Positions 9,466-17,915 of a stretch of 64,000 nt of DNA are shown piece by piece. The stretch is from an uncultured Clostridia bacterium (GTDB taxonomy: Bacteria > Bacillota > Clostridia > Christensenellales > UBA1242). A model generated the notes under the pieces. The model ran no database searches. It saw only the letters and a list, made by a program, of their open reading frames with translations, and was not told the DNA's origin. The position numbers were made by a program, and so were the translations under genes. The stretch spans positions 1,275-65,274 of the forward strand of contig CALNBM010000015.1 of the NCBI GenBank assembly GCA_937874195.1, in the 5' to 3' direction. Every line of letters begins with the position of its first letter. The stretch's first letter is position 1.

Positions 9466-9731
9466 TATATGTCCTTTAAAGTATTAATCAAACACCAATT
9501 TAATTACCACTTTGTTTTCAAAAATATGTTAGCAAAACCGACAAAAATTGTCAAACTATATTTACAACAAAAATGCCTGCGCTTAAAACTTAATTTTATT
9601 ATGCTTATATAACAGGCATTTTATTTTGAAATTACAGTTAATTGCGGTATTATAAATTAGATTTATTTAAAAGACTATATTTTAAAACACTTTAAAAGAT
9701 ATCAATAAGTAAATAAAAAGGCAGAAAATAA

Positions 9732-10181
9732 GTGAAAATTGTAATTCAGAAAATAAACTCATGTGAACTTTATTTAGAGGATAAAGAAAACAAATTGGTT
9801 TCTAGGGCTAACCACGGTCTGCTGGTTTTTGTGGGAGTCAGCGATGATGACACACTCGAAACAGTTGAATATCTAGCAAGAAAAATTACCAAATTACGCC
9901 TTTTTAGAGATGAACAAGGAAAAACAAATTTAAGCCTGCTGGATGTTGGAGGTGAAATTATGGTGGTTAGTAACTTCACTCTACTTGCTCAAATCACAAC
10001 TGGTTCACGCCCTAGTTTTAGTAGAGCAGGCTCACCCGATAAAGCAAACGAACTATATTTAAAACTTGCCGATGAGTTTAGAAAAAACGGTGTAAAACAT
10101 GTTGCAACAGGTGTTTTTGGAAATCACATGCACATTAAAACCGAATTGGACGGACCTTTCACAATACTTATGGAAAAATAA
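9732..10181 (+). CDS. dtd: D-aminoacyl-tRNA deacylase
   Basis: Track ORF of 149 aa with a GTG start. Dtd hallmarks are present: (M)KIVIQ N-terminus, SNFTL, GPFT near the C-terminus. Confidence 0.85.
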   Translation: MKIVIQKINSCELYLEDKENKLVSRANHGLLVFVGVSDDDTLETVEYLARKITKLRLFRDEQGKTNLSLLDVGGEIMVVSNFTLLAQITTGSRPSFSRAGSPDKANELYLKLADEFRKNGVKHVATGVFGNHMHIKTELDGPFTILMEK

Positions 10182-10196
10182 TTTTTTAGGAATAAC

Positions 10197-10577
10197 ATGG
10201 AAAATCTTCTTTTAAAATATTATAAAACACTTTCCGCTTTAAAATCACAACAACAAAATATGCAAACTATTTATATGTTGGAAAGTTTTTACGCTGATTA
10301 CGAGCGTGTTGATGCAATTAGCTTTCTTAGCGCGGTGTTATTTAAATATGCAAAAGAAATTAATCTAATTGCAGGTATGATGAATAAACCCTATATTCAA
10401 ACCTATAAAAATGTGAATATTGTTGAAGAATATAACAAAGAAAAAAAGCAAGATGACGATATCTTGCATGACATTTCCTTTGCTGTTGACTGCTTAATCA
10501 TAATATTTGCAGTAGATTCAGGAATTGCAACCTCTATTCCAGAAGTTATAAATCAGCTTAAAAAAAATGTTTTATAA
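10197..10577 (+). CDS. hypothetical protein
   Basis: Track ORF of 126 aa with a TAGGAA RBS. No recognised motif. Confidence 0.4.
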   Translation: MENLLLKYYKTLSALKSQQQNMQTIYMLESFYADYERVDAISFLSAVLFKYAKEINLIAGMMNKPYIQTYKNVNIVEEYNKEKKQDDDILHDISFAVDCLIIIFAVDSGIATSIPEVINQLKKNVL

Positions 10578-11246
10578 AAACAAGGAAAAAATATATAAAA
10601 TAGCAATATGAACGGGATAAAATAAATAGAATGCGTATTTATATTTGCCTTTTCCTTTTTCGCCGTTATATATTAAGATTAAAGGTATTGCTAACAAACT
10701 CACAAGTTGCACTAAAACAAAAATTGCTGACACACTTACTGCTGTCATAATTAAACAAGTTGCCATGGCAATAATTCTATACTTAGTGTTGTTTTTAAAA
10801 ACATATAAGAAAAACACAAGCATAACACCCCAAAAGCCATAATCTATAATTCCTAACAGTGATAGTATGATAGTAATTAAAAGCATATAAACGAAAAACA
10901 AATAATTATTAGATTTATAGTTATTATTTATTTTTGTTTTGTCGTAGAAAATAATTAATTGCATTGCGAGTAAAAATGTGAACATAATATTAAATTTATA
11001 GCCAAAAAGCAAAAAATACGGAATTTGCGAAACAAGTGCAAAAATCAACATTGCAAGTTGATAATTTTTTCTACTTTTTGAATAATACATACCCTCTGCA
11101 ACAAAAAAGGCAAACAGAGGAAATGCAATTCTACCAATTATTCGAAAGATTCTTATCTCTGGAAAAAACACAAAACCTATGTGATCTATAAGCATAGTTA
11201 AGCAACCAATCAATTTAAGATGATTTCTATTTAAAACTTTCTTCAT
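10572..11246 (-). CDS. TraX-family membrane protein
   Basis: Track ORF of 224 aa, polytopic. The N-terminal LKLIGCLTMLIDHIG is typical of the TraX family. Confidence 0.6.
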   Translation of the reverse strand: MKKVLNRNHLKLIGCLTMLIDHIGFVFFPEIRIFRIIGRIAFPLFAFFVAEGMYYSKSRKNYQLAMLIFALVSQIPYFLLFGYKFNIMFTFLLAMQLIIFYDKTKINNNYKSNNYLFFVYMLLITIILSLLGIIDYGFWGVMLVFFLYVFKNNTKYRIIAMATCLIMTAVSVSAIFVLVQLVSLLAIPLILIYNGEKGKGKYKYAFYLFYPVHIAILYIFSLFL

Positions 11247-11385
11247 ATTTTTCCGATTCTTTGATTATTTAATTTATATCATTAATTTTTAAATTATTTA
11301 AATTAAAACTTAAATTTGCGGTTTGTTTTTTATTAGATATACTTTCAAATTTTTGAGTTACATAGTAATTGTTTTTGCTCATAAT

Positions 11386-11444
11386 ATTCACAAAGCACGG
11401 AAGGACTTTAACCCCACATTAATTAATTTAACAACCATGAACTA
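11386..11444 (+). repeat. dispersed intergenic element, copy A (ATTCACaaAG...AACAACCATGAACTA)
   Basis: Shares a 5' AAT.CACGAG-like end and a 3' AACAACCATGA(A/G) end with copies at 15059..15112(-), 50745..50805(-) and the short copy at 22008..22030(+). Confidence 0.4.
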
Positions 11445-11740
11445 ATAATTCATTGACATGTATTGATGCTATTTTTTAAATATCACCTTAAACAAATTTG
11501 TATAATTAATCAAAAAAATTGCAAAAATTATAGTTTTGTTTACACTAAATTAAACGGTTTGTTAAATCCAAAGCAACAATAATTTGGCACTATTTTATTT
11601 GTTTAGTAAAACTTATTATCTATAATATATAAAAACCAACACTAACTTGTCAAATTAAAACTCGTTTAATATTTATGTATTTTTATCAAGTGTGTTATTA
11701 TATTTATAAACAAAAGAATAAATAAAGGATATTTGTATTT

Positions 11741-12322
11741 ATGGCAAAGTTATATTTTAAGTATGGTGTTATGGGCAGTAGTAAAAGTGCGCAAGCGCTA
11801 ATGTGTAAGTATAATTATGAGCAAAAAAACTATAAGGTACTACTAATCAAACCCGCCACCGATAACCGAAACGATAGCAAGAATAATACTTTTGTAAGAA
11901 GTGGAATTGGTTTGAAAGCCCCTTGTTTTGCTTTTCCCCTTAACTTAAATCTTTATAATTATATAGTCGACCAAATACAAATGCATGGTTATAATGTTGT
12001 AATAGTTGATGAAGCGCAATTTTGTACGGCAAAGCAAATAGAAGAATTAAAAGAAATTTCTCGCCAAATACCTGTGCTTTGTTATGGTTTAAAAAATAAC
12101 TTTAAAAGTTTATTATTTGAAGGAAGCAAAAGATTGATTGAAATAGCAGACTCGTTGACCGAAATAAAATCCGTATGTGCTTGTGGCAGAAAGGCAGATG
12201 CTAACGCAAGGTATATAAACGGCAAAATTGTTACCGATGGTCAGGAAGTAGTCATAGGCGGAAACGAAATGTATGAAAGCATGTGTTATAACTGCTGGCT
12301 AGACAAACAAAAAAAGCAATAA
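11741..12322 (+). CDS. tdk: thymidine kinase
   Basis: Track ORF of 193 aa. E. coli-type Tdk N-terminus (AKLYFKYGVMGSSKS), VDEAQF Walker B, and C-terminal Cys pairs (CACG...CYNC). Confidence 0.85.
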   Translation: MAKLYFKYGVMGSSKSAQALMCKYNYEQKNYKVLLIKPATDNRNDSKNNTFVRSGIGLKAPCFAFPLNLNLYNYIVDQIQMHGYNVVIVDEAQFCTAKQIEELKEISRQIPVLCYGLKNNFKSLLFEGSKRLIEIADSLTEIKSVCACGRKADANARYINGKIVTDGQEVVIGGNEMYESMCYNCWLDKQKKQ

Positions 12323-12399
12323 AAAATTTATTACGCATACGAGTTTATTATATATATTATAAAATAAATTTTAAATATTAAATTATAAGGAAAAAACAA

Positions 12400-14634
12400 A
12401 TGAAAAATTATAATACAGAAACCGACGGTAGAATTGATTTTTATCAAAGATTGGGTTACCAAGGAAATCAACATGAAGAAAATTGCAATGTTGATTATTC
12501 CCAAAGCACTGACGGAGTAATAAACGGAGTTTTGTTTGAACATAAACCGATTATAAATAGCAGCTACTCTCCTCTAAACAAAGTTCTAGGTCAGGCAATA
12601 AAATATCTTTCTAAAAAACGCATAAACGGCGTTGATGTTCCTGACACTATTGTTTTAGTTAGTCAAAATGACGAAACTGCTTATCACTTTAGAAGTGAAA
12701 ATTATTTTAATGAAATTCATCAATTTTACAATTCTTCTGCAAGTTATGATAATGATTTCACACTAAATACAGGCGAATTTGAGACAATAAAATTCGAAGA
12801 CGAAAAAGGTATTGATAGAATTAAGGAACTCATTATTGAAAGTAGTTATATAAAAATTAATGTTGATGTTTACAACATTATCTCTTTAGCGAGAAGATTT
12901 TATAAAAATAATCATTCGTCTCAAAAAAATGATTTATTAAACGAAATTCGAAAACCAAATTTTTTTAAATTTATAAACCCATATACTAAAGCCATTGACG
13001 ACAATAGCGAATTTGGTTATATAATGGATAAACTAAATGACGATATGTTGCAACAAGAAATTGGTGCTTATTATACACCTGTTCAATATGCTGAGAAATC
13101 GTTAAAATTCATAAGAGATGCTATTAAAAATCGTCCTCAAGGAAACGATTATGTTATTATTGATCGTTGTGCCGGAACGGGCAACTTAGAAGAAAAAATG
13201 ACAGACGAAGAACTATCACATTGCATATTGAATACTTATGAATATTTCGAGTGGTTGGAATTACGAAGACAATATGTTGATCGAGTTAGATATGTTGTTC
13301 CACAAACAGATAAAACTTATATAAAGGGCGAAGGAGTAATAGAAGAGGGAGACGCTTTAACACGAGAGTTCTATAATGACTCGTATATACAAGAAATTGT
13401 GAGCAATAAAAACATTACTATTATAGTTTTTGAAAATCCACCATATTTTAGTGGAAGCCGTAATGCTAGTGCTCTTGTTGTAAATACTGCAAGTGGTGAA
13501 GGCGGAAAGAAGCGTTCATTAAAATCAAAAAAACGCTCATGGGTATATGAAAGAATGCAAGAAAATGGGATCTCTACTGTGGCAATAGAAAACACAGTCC
13601 GCCAATTTATTTGGTCTGCATATTCGGATTATTTGCGACAAAATGGAGATTGCTTAATCATATACTCACCAGTTGCATATTTTAAAGGATATCACATACA
13701 AAATAAAATGCCAAGGTTGAAATTTGATAAAGGCTTTGGATTTAATAGAAAACATTTTCACGCTTCAAGTGCACTAATTTCCTGTATAAAATGGAATTTT
13801 GATGAGTCTTATGATTCAGTTATTAAAGAGCAAAAAGAATTCCCACTTGAACTAATTGATATAAATAAACAACTTCAACTAGAACATATTGTTGATGTAG
13901 ACGAGGTTATTATAAAAAAAGTATATACATCACCTACTTACTATTTTAAGAATAAAAATCAAACAAACGCTTTTGCTTGTTTAAGCAATAATGGACAAGC
14001 TCCTAAAGTTGGACTTGGATGCTTATATTCTATTGCTAAAAAAACTGAACGAAATGATGAAATATATTTAAATGATAAGAATTTTTATTTTATGTTGCCA
14101 ATATATATTGCTCAACTCGCTTTTGATAGAACAAAATGGTATCACGATGACAACACCCTTCGTTCTGCAGATAGAAAAGATGATTATAAAAAATCGCAAG
14201 AATTATTAAAGCGTTCTTTAATTTTTACATGTTTATATAGAAATAATCATTGTGCTACAGAGAAAGATAAAGACGGAAATCTAATCAAAAATGAACTTTG
14301 TTTTGATACAAATACTATTGCTTCTAACAAATTGCAAGATCTTGAAAAAATGAGCATGTTAGACAATGAAGATAAAAAGGTTCTATCTCGGTGGGAAAAA
14401 GTTTTGCGCTTGGCAAAAGCAACTCCAGAATATAAAGCAAATTATAAGTATGGCTTACGCCAAATAATGAATGAATTAGATACCTATGAAGAAGTGCCTA
14501 AGGGTATATATTTTGAAAAGAAATTCAAAAATGTTGATTTACATAATAATATTGGCGAGCTTAATAAAGAAATTAAGCAATATTATGAAAAGTATATCGA
14601 GTCATTGCTATTTGAATATGAATTAATAAAATAA
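12400..14634 (+). CDS. fused PD-(D/E)xK-like nuclease / gamma-class N6-adenine DNA methyltransferase (MmeI-like type IIG/IIL candidate)
   Basis: Track ORF of 744 aa. N-terminus has D38-x8-E47-H-K49 (TDGVINGVLFEHK) followed by NKVLGQAIKYL, which parallels the MmeI nuclease core. GAYYTP lies at residues 222-227. Motif I is IIDRCAGTGN (residues 253-262). Motif IV is NPPY (13435..13446). Confidence 0.6.
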   Translation: MKNYNTETDGRIDFYQRLGYQGNQHEENCNVDYSQSTDGVINGVLFEHKPIINSSYSPLNKVLGQAIKYLSKKRINGVDVPDTIVLVSQNDETAYHFRSENYFNEIHQFYNSSASYDNDFTLNTGEFETIKFEDEKGIDRIKELIIESSYIKINVDVYNIISLARRFYKNNHSSQKNDLLNEIRKPNFFKFINPYTKAIDDNSEFGYIMDKLNDDMLQQEIGAYYTPVQYAEKSLKFIRDAIKNRPQGNDYVIIDRCAGTGNLEEKMTDEELSHCILNTYEYFEWLELRRQYVDRVRYVVPQTDKTYIKGEGVIEEGDALTREFYNDSYIQEIVSNKNITIIVFENPPYFSGSRNASALVVNTASGEGGKKRSLKSKKRSWVYERMQENGISTVAIENTVRQFIWSAYSDYLRQNGDCLIIYSPVAYFKGYHIQNKMPRLKFDKGFGFNRKHFHASSALISCIKWNFDESYDSVIKEQKEFPLELIDINKQLQLEHIVDVDEVIIKKVYTSPTYYFKNKNQTNAFACLSNNGQAPKVGLGCLYSIAKKTERNDEIYLNDKNFYFMLPIYIAQLAFDRTKWYHDDNTLRSADRKDDYKKSQELLKRSLIFTCLYRNNHCATEKDKDGNLIKNELCFDTNTIASNKLQDLEKMSMLDNEDKKVLSRWEKVLRLAKATPEYKANYKYGLRQIMNELDTYEEVPKGIYFEKKFKNVDLHNNIGELNKEIKQYYEKYIESLLFEYELIK

Positions 14635-14654
14635 AAGAAACAAAATTAAAAAAT

Positions 14655-14676
14655 CCCTATACTACTAGGGTTTTTT
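14655..14676 (+). terminator. rho-independent terminator after the nuclease/methyltransferase gene
   Basis: CCCTA (14655..14659) pairs with TAGGG (14666..14670), followed by T6. Confidence 0.55.
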
Positions 14677-14679
14677 GCT

Positions 14680-14770
14680 TGGCGGAGAGTCCGGGATTTG
14701 AACCCGGGCGCCAGTTACCCGACCTAACACCTTAGCAGGGTGCCCTCTTGAGCCGCTTGAGTAACTCTCC
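14680..14770 (-). tRNA. tRNA-Ser (anticodon GCU)
   Basis: Reverse complement reads GGAGAGTTACTCAAGCGGCTCAAGAGGGCACCCTGCTAAGGTGTTAGGTCGGGTAACTGGCGCCCGGGTTCAAATCCCGGACTCTCCGCCA. Class II tRNA with a long variable arm, anticodon loop CTGCTAA, and an encoded CCA. Confidence 0.9.
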
Positions 14771-14796
14771 ATTTGAATTTATTTAATTGCATTCCT

Positions 14797-14825
14797 ATTT
14801 TAACAAAGAGATGCAAACATGTCAA
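14797..14825 (-). promoter_or_regulatory. sigma-70 promoter for tRNA-Ser (TTGACA-17-TAAAAT)
   Basis: Reverse strand reads TTGACA (14825..14820), a 17-nt spacer, then TAAAAT (14802..14797). This sits ~27 nt upstream of the tRNA 5' end. Confidence 0.55.
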
Positions 14826-15058
14826 TAGAAATTAACAAACTTACTTTTAATAAAAAAATATTACTTATTAAAATAGTTTATTTCAAATAAACTAAAACAA
14901 TATTTTGATAAATCTTAACATAGATGCTTTTATTAAATCCATGATTTTAAAATACCCATTAAAAACAAAATAAATTTTATTTATATTAAAATTCAATTAT
15001 AAAAGCTTTAAGCAATGATTTGATCGAATTCACATGCACATGCCAACTAATTAAATTA

Positions 15059-15112
15059 TAGTTCATGGTTGTTAAAAACGATGACAAAGTTTTAAGCACT
15101 TTGCTCGTGATT
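15059..15112 (-). repeat. dispersed intergenic element, copy B
   Basis: Reverse strand reads AATCACGAGCAAAGTGC...AACAACCATGAACTA. The 3' 15 nt are identical to copy A. Confidence 0.4.
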
Positions 15113-15175
15113 ATTCCAAATTATTGTTTTTTTTAAATATACAAGTTATGCAAAGGATTTAGCATAAAGAAATTT

Positions 15176-16273
15176 CTATGCACTTAGCCAGCGAAGATAA
15201 GTGTAAATAAAATCTAATATATTGCCATCGAAAACGCTCTCAATATCCTTAATTTTAAGGTTTGTTCTATGGTCTGTGACAACTTCTGTTGGATGAAAAG
15301 AATATGTTCTGATATGCGAATTTGCATTTAACTCGCCTTGTAACAACTCTTTATTTTTACAATCGTCTTCTTCGGCGTGACGCAAGTTTATTAATCTACT
15401 GAGTAAAACTTTTTTTGCAGTTTTTAAGTTTTGCGCTTGACTTCTTTCATTTTGGCATGTTGCAACTAACCCCGTTGGAATGTGTGTGATTCTAACTGCC
15501 GAATCAGTTGTGTTTACATGTTGACCGCCCGCACCACCGCTTCTAAAAGTGTCAATTTTTAATTCGTTGTCGTTTAGATTGATTTCTTCATCGCTTTCCA
15601 CAATATACATAACTTCCACCACCGCACTCGCTGGCGACCTTTTGTTATTACCATCATAAGGGCTTATTCGAGATAGTTTATGTATGCCGTTTTCGCCTTT
15701 TAGATGACCAAAAGCGAGATTTCCATCAACAATAAACTGTATGCTTTTATATCCGCCTTCACCTTCTTTGTATTCTAAAATTTCAATATCATAGCCCATT
15801 TTATCTGCAAAGCTCACGTACATATTATATAGCATTTTAACAAACTCCCAAGCATCTATACCCGAAACATTGCTGGTTATTTTTATAATGCAGGAATTAT
15901 TGTCATATTTGTTATTAAAAAAGTTCAAAACAATCAAATTATTTAATTGCTTGTTTAATTTATCTAACTCTTCGTTAAGATGCACTTTAATGTTGTCATC
16001 ATGCTCATTTTCCATTATGATTAAAAGTTCTTGCATCTCAGCAATTTGCATAGAAATATCTTTAAAGTTTTCTAGTTTATTACTTATATATTTTAATCGT
16101 TTATTTACATTTTTAAGTTTTTTAGTATCATAATAAATATTTAAATTTTCACTTTCTTGAAGTAGTTCTTCGCTTTCGCAAGTTAGGTTTCCTGTGTCGA
16201 GAGTGTCTAAGATAGTGTCAAAGTTTTCAACAATATCCTTTAATTTTTCTTTTTCTTCATCAAGTATTAACAT
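15176..16273 (-). CDS. prfB: peptide chain release factor 2 (single uninterrupted frame)
   Basis: Track ORF of 365 aa with GGQ (SGGAGGQHVNTTDSAVRITHIPTG) and an RF2-type RISP(Y)D region. AAAGGGG RBS upstream. No programmed +1 frameshift is needed. Confidence 0.85.
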   Translation of the reverse strand: MLILDEEKEKLKDIVENFDTILDTLDTGNLTCESEELLQESENLNIYYDTKKLKNVNKRLKYISNKLENFKDISMQIAEMQELLIIMENEHDDNIKVHLNEELDKLNKQLNNLIVLNFFNNKYDNNSCIIKITSNVSGIDAWEFVKMLYNMYVSFADKMGYDIEILEYKEGEGGYKSIQFIVDGNLAFGHLKGENGIHKLSRISPYDGNNKRSPASAVVEVMYIVESDEEINLNDNELKIDTFRSGGAGGQHVNTTDSAVRITHIPTGLVATCQNERSQAQNLKTAKKVLLSRLINLRHAEEDDCKNKELLQGELNANSHIRTYSFHPTEVVTDHRTNLKIKDIESVFDGNILDFIYTYLRWLSA

Positions 16274-16929
16274 CGTTGCCCCTTTTTCTATGATTTTTCA
16301 AATATGATTATAGCATACAGATGCATTTTCATAATAATAAAAATTGCAAATATTAATATGGAGTAAAGCAAATTAAACAATGAAGAAACGATGAAATAGG
16401 CAAATACGATTCAAATTTTTTAAAAAAAAAATTAATTATATAAAAAATCTCAAACTATATATAATTAAGATTTTATTTTTTCTTTTAATAATTAAATCTT
16501 TTAAAATTATTTTTAATGACTGTTATTTTTTTAATACTTAAATTATAACTCATTTGCTTAAAAATACTTAAATAAACATTACCGTTTGATTTTTATGCTC
16601 GTTACTTTTTTATTCAATTAGACGTTTTTTGTTTTCATACTAAAATTTCCCGACTATACGCTTTAAAAAGAGCAAGTAGTTATCCTTGCGATAACTAAAT
16701 ATTTTTATTTTTTATATCTTTTAGCATTTTATATTTCCCGAATTTTTTATTTGTGATTCTTTCATTTTAAGCGATATTTTTTTCTATTATTTAAAAAACA
16801 ATATGCTTATATTTCAATCTTTTAATCCAAAACTGATAGTTTTATTATATTCTTACCTTAAAAGATATCCTATCTCACAACACAAAATGAGAGTGTGGTT
16901 TGCCTTACAAATTTAATCATAATCATAAA

Positions 16930-17868
16930 CTAAACCACTCTCTTATATTCCTCGCCGTCTTTTTCAACTTGCACTCGATTATGTGATAGAAATTTTGAAA
17001 TTTGATACATATCTATCCAAATCTCACTTGCACCCTTCACTTGTGATTCATTGAATATTAATTGCATACCAAGATGAAGGTGTGGCGAACAGGTCATATT
17101 AGAATCTATTTTATAACTATATCCCGTTACACCTAGATAACCAACAACCTGCCCTGCTTCCACGACATCGCCAATTTTAAGTCCTTTCACAAAAGGTTTG
17201 CCTTTTCGCAAGTGTGCATAATAGTAACCGCGTTTTTTATCGTGTGATCTTATTGTTAAATGCCAACCACCCATTCTATTCCAGCCTAGTTCTGTTATTG
17301 TACCACTTTCAATCGCCACAAGCGGTGTGCCGATTGAGCCCATTAAATCGTGCCCAAGATGCTTTCGTGTGTAACCATATGACCTGGAAACACCAAAGTC
17401 GTCATAGTGATTATACCAAAAGCCTTTTGGAAAAGGGTGGAAATTTTTTAAACCATAAACAATTTCGCCATCTGCGTTTTTAAAAGAACCGATAAACTCT
17501 GCAAAAATTCCAGTGTAGCCCTCGACATAATATTTATAGTATTTATTTTCGCCATAAAAGTCGTCAATTCTTTTGCCGTTTTTAAGTTTGGCGACAAGTT
17601 CTTTTAACTCGTTTTTATCTCGTTGAATCCTAAAATTATTTCCATTCTTAGTTGCTAAATATGCAAGTGCTTTTATAAAGTCAAACTCAACTTCTTCCGA
17701 TTTATTAAACTCTTTATCATACTCATAAGCAGCAAGCAATATTTCATACGGTACTTTACAATCTATCCACTTAATAAACTCGTCAGCGTTTTTAGTTGTA
17801 AACGCTGTTGTAAAGGAAAAAGTGAATAATATTATTAATATAAAACTAATTTTTCTAATGGCTTTCAT
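16930..17868 (-). CDS. secreted M23-family peptidoglycan metallopeptidase
   Basis: Track ORF of 312 aa with an N-terminal signal peptide. Contains HLGHD (HxxxD) and the SPHLHLG (HxH) M23 motifs. Confidence 0.75.
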   Translation of the reverse strand: MKAIRKISFILIILFTFSFTTAFTTKNADEFIKWIDCKVPYEILLAAYEYDKEFNKSEEVEFDFIKALAYLATKNGNNFRIQRDKNELKELVAKLKNGKRIDDFYGENKYYKYYVEGYTGIFAEFIGSFKNADGEIVYGLKNFHPFPKGFWYNHYDDFGVSRSYGYTRKHLGHDLMGSIGTPLVAIESGTITELGWNRMGGWHLTIRSHDKKRGYYYAHLRKGKPFVKGLKIGDVVEAGQVVGYLGVTGYSYKIDSNMTCSPHLHLGMQLIFNESQVKGASEIWIDMYQISKFLSHNRVQVEKDGEEYKRVV

Positions 17869-17915
17869 ACAAACTAATTTTAACTTTATAAGCGGTTTTT
17901 ATTCAAAAAAAATCT

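Noticed and set aside
10572-11246. The TraX-family gene as evidence for a conjugative element on the left side of the window.
   Set aside because: TraX-family membrane proteins are common chromosomal genes in Firmicutes. This one is 38 kb from the VirD4-like gene and is flanked by housekeeping genes (dtd, tdk).
12331-12543. 70-aa reverse-strand ORF overlapping the start of the nuclease/methyltransferase gene.
   Set aside because: It is antisense to the RBS and 5' end of a motif-supported gene. Its Ile/Phe/Asn-rich low-complexity sequence has no RBS.
16217-16223. CTTTGAC heptamer near the 5' end of prfB (codons 17-19), identical to the canonical RF2 +1 frameshift site CUU UGA C.
   Set aside because: The gene is one uninterrupted 365-codon frame from an ATG with a good RBS. 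The would-be zero frame has another TGA two codons upstream and no ORF. No Shine-Dalgarno-like stimulator precedes it. It is treated as coincidence, or at most a fossil.
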